From: Podarcis cretensis
Taxonomy: Eukaryota
Length of the DNA: 64,000 bases
Direction: 5' to 3'
NCBI GenBank assembly: GCA_951804945.1
Contig: OX638150.1
Location: 56,482,001 to 56,546,000, forward strand
In this document: positions 11,398 to 22,067 of the stretch, piece by piece
Position numbering within the stretch: the stretch's first letter is position 1
How the letters are laid out: each line of letters opens with the position of its first letter
Notes under the pieces: model-generated
The model's database searches: none
Seen by the model: only the letters and a program-made list of their open reading frames with translations
Told to the model about the DNA's origin: nothing
Position numbers and translations under genes: made by a program

Positions 11398-12089
11398 TGT
11401 TATAAATTCATAGAAAAGCAACCATGCATCGGATTTGCACTGTTCCACTTTTATTTTACTCCATGAAGGAAGGACTACAAAATGGGGAAGGTTTGATACA
11501 GGGCAGCCATAATCCCTTGAGCATACCAGCACATACACAGGAGCCCTGCCCAGTTGCTATGCCAACCCTGATGGTCCTAGACAGAAGACCATCAAGATCA
11601 CAAAGAACTTGCATATGGGAGTGGATTCAGCACTGACTGGAACAAAGGACAATAATCAGCTCTTCCCTCTGGGGGCAGGAAACTACAAATTCCCCTCTGT
11701 CACCTGGAAAGTACTCATGGGGAGGGGGAAAGGGGGAACCAGCCAGGTGACAGGACACTCAGGTTACCACCGCAACTCCTCCCTCAACCCCTCCTTTCTG
11801 TGATGAAGGTGTGGTGTATCTGAGGGGTGGTCTTAGGTTACACCCCTTCTGTGATGTATGTATGATGTTTCTGGGGGTGGTCTTGATCTACAGGGTGGCA
11901 ATTTCAAAAGTCTTTATAAGGCCTTGCACACCATTTTTCTGGGTCCTTCCTCTCTCCTGCAAGTGAGGGGAGCACCCTGTTGCAACAGTTCAATAAAGGC
12001 CAAGCCTACAGGCTGCTGTTTTGCTCCAAGTTATCCTGGTTGGTGTCTTTGTTTTTGTCCAAGGGAGCCCTCGGATTTTTCCGTTAACA
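11398..12089 (+). mobile_element. Probable solo LTR
   Basis: TGTTA...TAACA inverted termini, TATAA 11915-11919, AATAAA 11992-11997; no clean TSD. Confidence 0.55.
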
Positions 12090-13994
12090 CTGTCTCTCTC
12101 CTAACAAAAGTCTTTCTCATTCTCTCTTTCAGTTAGTGGGAGTACTGACTTGCCTCTCCAATGCCTTATCTTGATGGCTTATAAGGAAAGCCCACCACCC
12201 TTATTACTGTACTTTCTTATGCTGCAGTCTTACCCAAAGCCCACATCCCTTCTCATGACATAACACATTCCTAAACACACTTAACTTCTTAAAGGACACT
12301 TGAAGGAGTAATAATAACTACACAGGTTCAGGTTTCTCTGCAGTCCTTGCATAGCCTACAATTGCCACGCAAATGTTGGGACCTTTGCAAAAATGCTTAA
12401 GCCATCACGGCTTCTCACTTTGTCATACAGAGTCCCAGGACTGGTACACACCAGGGCGAGCTGGGGATGGGGAAGGAGAGATTGGTGTAGGAAGTACTCA
12501 CAGAGTGACGGAGGATGGTGAGGCAATGGGACACAAGAACCAGAGCAGCAGGACCCATCTCCAAGGACAGAGAAGCCCCTGTCTCCTCAAACACAGCAGG
12601 CTCTGAGGCATAGGGAGCAGAAAGCTGTCCAGGTGGGGCTCGCTAGCTCTGAGGGGAGGCATGTGATTCCTTAGCTGGAGTAGGCTGAGAGCAGGTGAGG
12701 CTCACTTGCCTCATCAAGCCCACATGCTGCAATCAGCATGCAGAGTACAGAAGGGCAGCGGAGCTGTGTCTGCTCAACTACTTGGATACTTCAGGATCTC
12801 TGAGGGACTGTGCTTTGGTTTGGACTTTGGCCATGTGGATTGACTCCGGACATACCTGTCGTATTGTCTTGCTGCCAGGTAGGCCAGGGATTTGGGACAG
12901 GTGTGCAGGTGATTCAACCAGGATTCACCACAGCACCAGAATGCTGCAGTTGCTTACACAGTCCTAATTTGCTCAGAAGTTTGAAACACTTAAGAAAAAG
13001 GGAGGCTTGTGTATCCTTGAACTCAAAAGCTTATATGTCCCTGGTCCCTAAAACAAACATTGGCGTACCTCATATCATAAACCTGTGCAATTGCAACAAT
13101 AATACTCACATACTATAGTCTATATATACACACACACAACCCTATAGTTAGTTGTATTATTGATTTGGTGTTTTCTTTTGCCCTCAGGCTTCCCTTGCAC
13201 ACAATACATAAATTCAAAGACTTCTGTGTTTAAAATGCTGCAGTTTTGTGTGTTTACTCTAATAACTTTGGTACCTGAACAGGAGAAAACGTCCAAGCAG
13301 TGATACTGATGTAGAATAAAGTGTTCCCATTTGCACCTGAGGAATGTTGGAGGGTGAGGCCTGGCACAAAGTATCTGAGGGTTAAGTTGTCAGATACCAC
13401 TCTCTCATTGTAATATCTCTTTCACATTTCCCTTGCGGGGGCCAGGCTTCTCTCATACCCATGGGCAAAGTCCAGCTGCAATCACAATTGCAAATAAGGA
13501 CCCTCCCGTGTGGAAGTTCCTGAGTGGGGCTTGAAGAGGAGCTTATGATGGTGCAGAGGTAGACATACAGTAGGTGGCTGGTGGATAATGGGAAGTCAGG
13601 GATAGTGGAATTTAAGATGTTCCACGTGCAGAAACAAACGTTCATGAAATAGACCAGATATCTATGGAATTAAGAATGTGAAGGGCATTGTAAAAAGTAC
13701 TCTTTCCCAACGCTTCGTACAAATGGTAATAATGAGAGTGAGTAAGTTAAGGCTTAATGTAATCATTCTATGGGTACCTCCAGAGTCCAGGCTGTCACTA
13801 TTTTGCAGGAGGGATTCAAGTAGGCAATAAACCTTATTTGAAACTTGTATTAGTATTGATATGTTTGCCTCCCTGGGCGCCTTGAAGTGAATGCAATACT
13901 GGAATTTTAGGTTTGCAGAATGAAAGTGAATTAAAGCACTCTATCTCCCTAGCACAATGAATTGACCTAAAAAGCAAAGGCTAGTGTGAGGTGA

Positions 13995-14064
13995 GAACGC
14001 CAGGCGTTCTCTGGTCCATGGGGTCACGAAGAGTCGGACACGACTAAACGACTAAACAACAACA
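13995..14064 (+). mobile_element. BovB (RTE) LINE 3' end
   Basis: GTCCATGGGGTCACGAAGAGTCGGACACGACTAAACGACT + (CAA)n tail; TSD agtgtgaggtga. Confidence 0.85.
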
Positions 14065-14248
14065 AGTGTGAGGTGAACTAATTTATTTAGTTTGTGATCT
14101 TTGCTACAGGTTCAGATTGCCCAACGGAGTGTAATGTCAAATGGAAATGTAAACTGTTTCAAAAATGACTCTATTCAAGCTTTATGGAGATATTTTCATA
14201 AATATAAAGGGAAAACAATCAAGGGAAAACAGGAGTCTCGCTTGATAT

Positions 14249-15484
14249 TTTATTGTGCGTTTTGTTACTGAAACATTTTAATTCTCAACTTAATATATAA
14301 AAGGCACATAAGAAAACCATATTAGTTTAAATATAGTATTAATTTAATTGTAATACAAACATGTATAAAATAATTATATAGTACCAACTTAGTAACGGTG
14401 TCAATAATATAACTAAAAAGAATACAATATGTAACTTTAACTATAACTTTAAATATTAAATAATGGCCACAACTTAAAAGTCTTACTGTTACTGATTTCA
14501 ATAAAATATTTCTCTCTAGATGTGCTCAGCATTATTGCATCACTTAATCACAGGTTTGTTTTCCAATGTTGATCAGAAAATACTTAGAATATGCAACATT
14601 AAATATGTTAAATAGAACAGAAATAAATAAGTTCAACCCAATGTCATGGAACTGCTAAGAGGCAATAAACACTATTTCAGTGCTTTCACACACCCCTCCA
14701 TCTTTATGAATGGATGGATAGATGCAGACAACCATTTTACAACACATCTGACCAAGATTTATGCTGACATTTTCTGTACAACTTGACAGAACAATCCAGA
14801 CAGCAGTGACATACACACATGCACCATGTTAAATTACTGCTTGGTAAAAGGTCATCAGTTGCAGCTTTATACTAAAAACAACACAGAATAGCAAATAACA
14901 AAGAATAAGAAATAAAATAAAATGTGATTGCCCTTAGATGCTCAGGCATGGCCATACAACGGGACACTTCTCCATTAGAACAACCCAATTTAGGGACAAC
15001 TGTTTCTTCATGGTTCAGTGGCTTTTTTTTTTTTTTTTTTGGTTTTAGGAGATGTCAGAGATCTTTGCCCTTTCTACTCTCCAGCCCCCACACCCAAAAT
15101 TCCAGGGAACTGTAGTTTACCCATTACAGAGCTATAATTCCCAGCCCCTAACAAACTGCAGTTCCCACGATTCTTTGGTGGAAAGCCATGTGCTTTAACT
15201 GTGCTATAAGTGAATGGTGTGGATGTGACTCCAGTCCTCAAATCTTTGCGCAAAACATCAACCTCCAAATACATATGGCGAAGCTCAAGGGGTCTCTGAG
15301 CTCGCTGCTGTGCGTTAGATTGCATTATTATTGATTTATATTTCCTGGCTTAATAAATTAATTGTTGCATTTCCCTATTTGACTGCATACATTAAGAATA
15401 ACAAACATGAATGAGTTGTTGGTTTCCAGAACAATGTCGGGTGCCATGGTTTCTTATTGGGGGAAAAAGAGATCCTCCTAGTTC
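14249..15484 (-). other. AU-rich 3'UTR of copy B ending at polyA signal (rc 14249-14254)
   Basis: Homologous to the copy A 3'UTR; cacAATAAAat context shared. Confidence 0.6.
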
Positions 15485-15604
15485 TTATGAAGTACATTTT
15501 TTCTTGTCCACGTAGCAGATATGTAAGCTTCTGACGTAGTCCAATAGAGCTGGACAGAATTCCTTCATTGGCCTGCTACCAATGTTTGGCAAAGTGCAGT
15601 TGGT
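15485..15604 (-). CDS. IL13: IL13-like copy B exon 4
   Basis: cttcttttaaag acceptor; 39 codons + TAA. Confidence 0.88.
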   Translation of the reverse strand, partial: TNCTLPNIGSRPMKEFCPALLDYVRSLHICYVDKKKCTS

Positions 15605-18600
15605 CTTTAAAAGAAGATGGGGGGGGAGGAGAGTTAAATTGACCATACAATTCCAACAGTACAATGCTAATAAAATGGTAATTAGGAGGAGGAGGCCTGA
15701 GCTTATTTTGGCCCATTGAAAAGATTTATTTTTTATTGGTTTTCCCGACAGTTGATTAGAGCTGACCTCTCAGGTAAAGTAAGTTAAAGCAATTTGTAAA
15801 TACATTTGTAAAAATATATCCCAACCCACCGAGAATCCCTTCTGAACGTTTAAAAAAGGGGGCGCAAACTATTTCCCTACTATGTCTCACTAATGAGAAA
15901 TATATACATTTACAAAAAATACTCACATGGTCTTCATACAGAGAGTCGGATGGAAGCATATTTGATACAGTGCTGTTGCAAGCACTTTGAGAGACATTTT
16001 TCAGAGCCTCCTTGACTTGGCAAAATACTCTGCCGTAAGTTTTGCACTGTTGAAAAAAAGGTTTAAAATTGAATGCAGCATGACTGCTTCAACGCAGTTT
16101 GAATGCAAGGTTCATTCATTTTTTTTGTCATTTGAGGCGATACCTTTTTATTGCACTATCTGTTTAGGAGGAAAATGTTCTCTAGAATTCATATGTACAG
16201 TCATACCTCGGGTTGAACGTGCTTCAGGTTGAGCGCTTTCGGGTTGTGCTCCACGGCAACCCGGAAGTAACAGAGCGCGTCACTTCCAGGTTTTTCCGCT
16301 CACGCATGTGCAGACGCTTAAAATGATGTTACGCGCATGCACGGAAGCAGCAAAACGCAACCTGCGCACATGCAGATGTGCCGTCGCGTCTTACGTTCCA
16401 TTCAGGATGCGAACGGGGCTCCGGAATGGATCCCGTTCACATCCCGAGGTACCGCCGTATGTTGATCTGACAGATTGGTGCATGTTACTCATTATCGGTC
16501 CATATAATAATGCTATAGCAGATCTATTCCTGATGCTTTTCCCTAGGCAAGCCAGTTGCATTGTATACACATTTTCAATTATGCTGAGTATAATTTAATC
16601 TGGTTTTTGAAGTGCAATAGTGCTGTTCAGAAAAAGCATGTGCCCTTCTAGCAGGTTGCCAACCAGACACATGACATAGTAACTATGCAGGTGCCCCTGC
16701 AACCCCAGAACTCTGAGCGTCCTCTGGTATGTGCAGCTCTGGAAAAGGCATTCCCCTTCTTCTCCAGTGCGCTTCAGTGACATATATCAAATGATACATG
16801 TACACTAATCTTCTAGCATAACACAGCAAGAAGCGTGAGACATCGTAGAGCTAACCTATGTAATTATTTACACACTATGTACAGACAAAGGAGTCATGGC
16901 GTCCTCTTTCTCGAGCTCCGAGAGAAGAAACAGGCAGAAGTAAAAGCAAAAGTACAGTGGTACCTCAGGTTGAGAACTTAATTCGTTCTGGAGGTCTGTT
17001 CTTAACCTCAAACTGTTCTTAACCTGAGGTACCACTTTAGCTAATAGGGCCTCACACTGCCACCATGCGATTTCTGTTCTCATCCTGAAGCAAAGTTCTT
17101 AACCTGAGGTACTATTTCTGGGTTAGCAGAGTCTGTAACCTGAAGCGTCTGTAACCTGAAGCATCTGTAACCCGAGGTACCACTGTACAGTACAATAAGT
17201 ATATACAGCGGAAGAGATAAGACTGTCTTCCATTCCCGCACTCTTCTCAGAGAGGCATGTGATTTACACCAATCTCTTCTGCAGCATCGGAGGCATGAAA
17301 TACTAACAAGATGAACACCTGGAGACTTCAAGATTGAAGACTCCTTAGAAAAAGCCCCAGTGAGTTCCATATGACTTACTCCAAGGCAAGAATGTATGAC
17401 AGCAATAGGCTGCAATTCTAACAACATTTATCTGGAAGTAAACTCCAATGACTTAAGTAAGACAAGGCTCCTTTTCCACATACCCCTGGTTGGTCATAAC
17501 AAAGCATTTCATAGCTTGTAGATTTCTGCCACCACATTTTTCTTAGTAGTTTAAAGTTCTATGAGCCTGAACCATATCATGTATTGTGAATAAAATGAAG
17601 TAGCAGGCTGAGAAATGGCACACCCAAAAACTTTTATAACTGATGAAAGCAGAAAACTAAGTAAAAAGTAATGTATTTATTTATGAAAAATGATGCAATT
17701 TCCCCCAAAATGTAATCTAGCATTGTAGGTCACCCCAACAAATCTCCTGTACTGAGAAATTGTGTGGTAATTTCCAACTATGGAGAATGTTTTCAGTGGA
17801 ATTCCATTTTTGTGATGTGTTTTTCATTTAGTGTCCCTTCCATTGACCTGCCATAGCAACAAACACTTTGACTGCTTAGATAGTAATCTGTAGAGAAGGT
17901 CTCAAATAAAATGCACAAGTTGTGAGACTCCTATGAAGGTTCTCAAGGTCCAAATATAGCATTTCAAAATAATGAAGGAAGAATGGCTTGATGCCAACTG
18001 TGGGCACTCCTCAATAAATTAGCCATGGCTGATGTTTGAAAATTATGGAAGATTTTCTAAGTGTCCATTATGTCAAGGACATAAACATTTTGCTTACCGT
18101 TCGCTCAGCATTAGGTTCAAAGCGAATCTTTCTTATTTCTTCATTACCACAAGATGATTTCTGTAAAACAAAAGGCAATAAATTGGTTAAGGAAGGAAAA
18201 TTTTGGCAAGCGAGTCCTGACTCACTGGCTAGAGTTTGGGCAACTGTTTCCTGCTCCCGCCCTCATTTCCATTTTAGAGGAAAGAAGCAGGAGAAGTGCA
18301 TGCTGGTCTTCTTGACAGCCTTCAAACATGGACTAGGCTGATTCAATGAGAAAGACTGTCTTAGTGGCTATAATAATTCAACATGAAGCCTCTACCTGCA
18401 AAGGCAGGGTATGCTTAGTTGCCAGATGTTGGGGACAGCCAACTTGGGATGGCAATTGCCACCATCAGGGCTCATTTGTAGACTTGCCAAAGATATGAGG
18501 ATGGACGTTGCTGTGAAAAGGATGTTCTGCAAAGAACTCCAGGGAAAACAATTTTTTTTAAAAAAACAACAACCCTCATGCTGTAAACTTTGCAAGCTGA

Positions 18601-19726
18601 ACTGAGTGAGAGGAACACTTTTGTCCTCATAAAGAAGAAACAATATTTTGAAAACAATCTTCTACAGGCAGCCTGTTCCTGTATATTTCATGCACAGAAG
18701 CCTACCAGCATAAGGAAACATGGTTAAAGGGGTAATAGGTGGATTTGTATCATGTGTATTGTGCCAATTGCTCTAAGATACACAGGGAACGCTATGCAGC
18801 CATGGACCTCAGCATCATATCTCTGGATTGTGGTCCCTGGGCAGAGCAGGATGTGTGACCTGTAATTTCAGTTCTAGATTTTACAAAGAAAGGAGATTAC
18901 TCTGAGGTTTCCTTGTTGTCTCATTGTTCTGAGAGCATTCACAAAATTACCATTACCAGTTTCTGCTTATATTAATATTTATGATTCTAGATTAGATACT
19001 AGCCTGGTCTGCTTATAGCAACTAGCAAATATCTTAAGCTCTTAGCAGCAGCCTAATTTTTATCCTGAAAATGTACACAGTTATTTATTCATTACATTTT
19101 CCACCCCACCTTTATGCAAGGAGCTCAAGGTGGATACATCACTGAATGAAAGTTCTGATGTGGCTCAGGATTATAAAGTATTGAAAATTTTGTCTAGTAG
19201 CTGCACATTAACAAGATAATAATGTATTGCCTTTTAAAAGTAGTGAACGTTTTAAATATTCATTTTGATTATTTCAGTTCTGCAACATGTACAATACCAA
19301 ATTGGGTATCATTGTCAACATGCCTGCATGTTAAGTAAAGCAATACATCCTGTTGAACCATTTCTGCTGTGTAAGAAAGTGCTCCCTTCTTATTCTTAGA
19401 GAGAGAGCACATTCTGAGAGAGAAAGTAACAACATCTGGCTCCCATTAAGTTGATTCAGTAATAAATCTTTCCTCCTTGCCTTCTTTGCAATTGTTAAAC
19501 AAGCAATAAATTGGCTGCAAAACATAAAAATAAATAAATTATGTACCTCCAGGTTCTCGCATTCCGTAACAAGCCGTTTCTGTAATATTGTTAGTTTTCT
19601 TTGAAATCTGCACTTGTCCGTTTTCTGTACCTCTCTTCTGAACTTGCCTAGTTGTTTTAACGGAGTAGTAGAGATAATTTCTACCAGCAAACAGATTGCC
19701 AGGATTGCTTTCAGAAACACAGCCAT
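15485..19726 (-). CDS. IL13: IL-13-like cytokine, copy B (160 aa, 4 exons: 19726-19547, 18160-18098, 16046-15927, 15604-15485); syntenic IL13 position and orientation
   Basis: Phase-0 GT-AG introns (180+63+120+120 nt). Protein: MAVFLKAILAICLLVEIISTTPLKQLGKFRREVQKTDKCRFQRKLTILQKRLVTECENLE|KSSCGNEEIRKIRFEPNAERT|CKTYGRVFCQVKEALKNVSQSACNSTVSNMLPSDSLYEDH|TNCTLPNIGSRPMKEFCPALLDYVRSLHICYVDKKKCTS*. It is the first gene downstream of RAD50 and on the same strand, as IL13 is in mammals. Confidence 0.88.
15927..16046 (-). CDS. IL13: IL13-like copy B exon 3
   Basis: ttttttcaacag acceptor, |gtgagt donor; 40 codons. Confidence 0.88.
16198..16457. mobile_element. Tc1/mariner (Tigger-like) MITE in copy B intron 2
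   Basis: TA-flanked, imperfect TIRs CAGTcaTACCTCGG / CCGAGGTACcgCcG. Confidence 0.75.
16955..17185. mobile_element. Tc1/mariner MITE in copy B intron 2
   Basis: TA TSD; TIR CAGTGGTACCTC / GAGGTACCACTG. Confidence 0.9.
18098..18160 (-). CDS. IL13: IL13-like copy B exon 2
   Basis: ttttgttttacag acceptor, |gtaagc donor; 21 codons. Confidence 0.88.
19547..19726 (-). CDS. IL13: IL13-like copy B exon 1
   Basis: ATG at 19726; 60 codons; donor GAG|GTACAT at the position homologous to the copy A donor. Confidence 0.85.
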
Positions 19727-19794
19727 CGTACTTTTGATTATTAGGAGCTACAGACAAGATCCTTACTGCTTGTTGCTCTTTTGCAAGCTGGATA

Positions 19795-19930
19795 TTTATA
19801 TGTGCAACAGGGGGAAGGAGATAGGTGGTGTGGAATCCCCACTATCCGCAAAGCGTAAAACCACATCTATCTGATTATGTGGAAGATCTCTCAATGCAAA
19901 ATGAGTAATTGTTGCTGCTTAATGGAAATC
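19795..19930 (-). promoter_or_regulatory. Proximal promoter of IL13-like copy B
   Basis: TATAAA (rc 19795-19800), GATA 19819-19824, RUNX AACCACA 19859-19865, AP-1-like TGAGTAA 19902-19908, NFAT TGGAAA 19923-19928; collinear with copy A. Confidence 0.7.
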
Positions 19931-20388
19931 GCAAGCAGGGCTTGCGTGAAGAAGGTTGTCTTTGCCTTGGCCCTAAAGCTCAATTAGAATGTCCAGTTGG
20001 TTTCAAGGTCCAGTTCAGAGTTCTGGTATTATCTATCAAAGCCAGGATCCCCTTAAGCAGGCTCATGCGGGGCGATGGGGAGCTGGGCACACTTGACCCA
20101 GGCCTTGGAGGGCTAAGCTGGCAGGCAGGGGAGGGGGCGCCAGGGACCAGCTGCTTTTCTGTTTGAGTTTATAAAATATCTGCATCAGAGGCCTTTTCAA
20201 AATCTGCCTGCCTATTGATCTGAGGTGGGTGGTAAGGAAAGGGTCTTCTTGGTGGCAGTGGTCTAGTTATTGAACGGCCTTCCACAAAAGGCCCACTTAT
20301 GTTAGGATTTTGGTCACAAACCTTTTGTTTTCCCAGGCCTTTTAGCAACTATTATTTTTACTGCTTCAGTTTTGACTATATATATGTA

Positions 20389-20622
20389 CAGTGGTACCTC
20401 GGGTTACAGACGCTTCAGGTTACAGACGCTTCAGGTTACAGACTCTGCTAACCCAGAAATTGCACCTCAGGTTAAGAACTTTGCTTCAGGATGAGAACAG
20501 AAATCGTGCCATGGCGGCAGTGTGAGGCCCCATTAGCTAAAGTGGTATCTCAGGTTAAGAACAGTTTGAGGATAAGAACGGACCTCCAGAACGAATTAAG
20601 TTCTTAACCCAAGGTACCACTG
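20389..20622. mobile_element. Tc1/mariner MITE (inverted relative to 16955-17185)
   Basis: TA TSD; TIR CAGTGGTACCT / AGGTACCACTG. Confidence 0.9.
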
Positions 20623-21724
20623 TATATGTATATATATCTTTGGGATTTTCTTGTTATCTCATTGTTCTGAGAGCATCCCTGTCTTTAAATATATATTATT
20701 TGCTGCCCTTTTGCTGGGTTATTGTTTCTATATTGCACATGGGTGTGTGTGTTAGGGGAGTGACAGTACCTCTGGTAGGGGACATGTTGTGCTCCTTCTG
20801 AGGTAGTTTATCCATCTTTGGTCCCCACTCTGCATTCAGCTCTCATTTGTGGCTCTTAGAAGCTGTCAGCAAGCAACACCCTTGGGAAACAGCTTTGACT
20901 TGTCAGCTAAACCAGTGAGGCATCTAATCATAGCCTGCATTTTTATTGAGGCTTGATCAGGGCCTGTATTTTAAAATGAGCTTAAAGATTTTCAAATGTT
21001 CATGCCAAGCAGAAGACCAGCTGCCTAAGAACCTTGGCAAGATGTTTATTCTCCTGGACAAGGGGGCCCCCTGATTTATAGCAGAAAACAATTCTCAAAG
21101 TCAAAGGGAATTACAGGCTGACAGCCAAGGTTACACTGACCCTACATATTACAGAAGATAAAAAAGCAGAGAAAAACATAATTAAGAGTGGGTAAATAGT
21201 AAAATAAAACCATGTGCCTCCCATTAAACTTGAGCCATATTTTTCTAAGGTTGAAAAGTCAAGAGCAGTGAAAAAGGCAACTGGCTTGGCTGGAGAAGAT
21301 AGGTTTTCTTTCTTTCTATTTTGAGGCTGGAAACTGTTCCTTACTTTGAAAAGGTTTATTCTTCTAAAAAGCTATCTAAGTTATGTATTAAATATATTGG
21401 CTTAAATGTAATTATGCAAAGGAATTAGAAGCTAAGAAATGTTAAATCCTTATGCTAGATTCTTATTTCATATAGTTGGAAGAGATCACAGGGGCCATCA
21501 GCCACCAGCCCAGCCCCCCTGCCAAGCAGGAAACATCATTAGAGCATACATATGGTTGTCAGGCCTTTGTTTAAAAGACCTTCAAGAGAAGGAGATCTTT
21601 CAATGATGATGTAAATTCAAGATCCTTGACATCTGTTTAAGATAAAAATTTGAGATTAAACCATTTGTTTTGGAGGGCAATAGGGCGAGGTGAGCTGGTA
21701 ATTAAGGTTCCTTGTTGAGACACA

Positions 21725-22067
21725 TGTAAGATATATTACTACTTATTTGTCATTTATAGATAGAAGAATATATATCTTTTTGTTTCCCATAAAAGGACAA
21801 GAGGAAATGGGTGTATCTTTTGTGATTGGTTCTAGCAAACAGCCAATAGGAATTTCAACCAGGCTGATTGGACAGAGGCAGCCACAGGAGGAGCAAGGGG
21901 GCTGGATTAAGGAAATATAAGTGCTGGCCAGAATGGCAGGAGGCCAGGCCAGAGCTTGGTAACCATATACCACTGTGCCTCATATTTATTTGTCTGACAA
22001 ATAAATTATTATTTTAATTTCTCTATTGCTGCGTTGAATATTTCATTCCAGCTAAGCGTTAACCACA
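21725..22067 (+). mobile_element. Probable solo LTR
   Basis: TG...CA ends, three CCAAT/ATTGG boxes (~21823-21871), TATAA 21916-21920, AATAAA 22000-22005; boundaries approximate. Confidence 0.5.

Noticed and set aside
2168-20720. Duplication as an assembly artefact (two haplotypes)
   Set aside because: The arms differ by many transposon insertions and the proteins are only ~50% identical, far beyond allelic variation.
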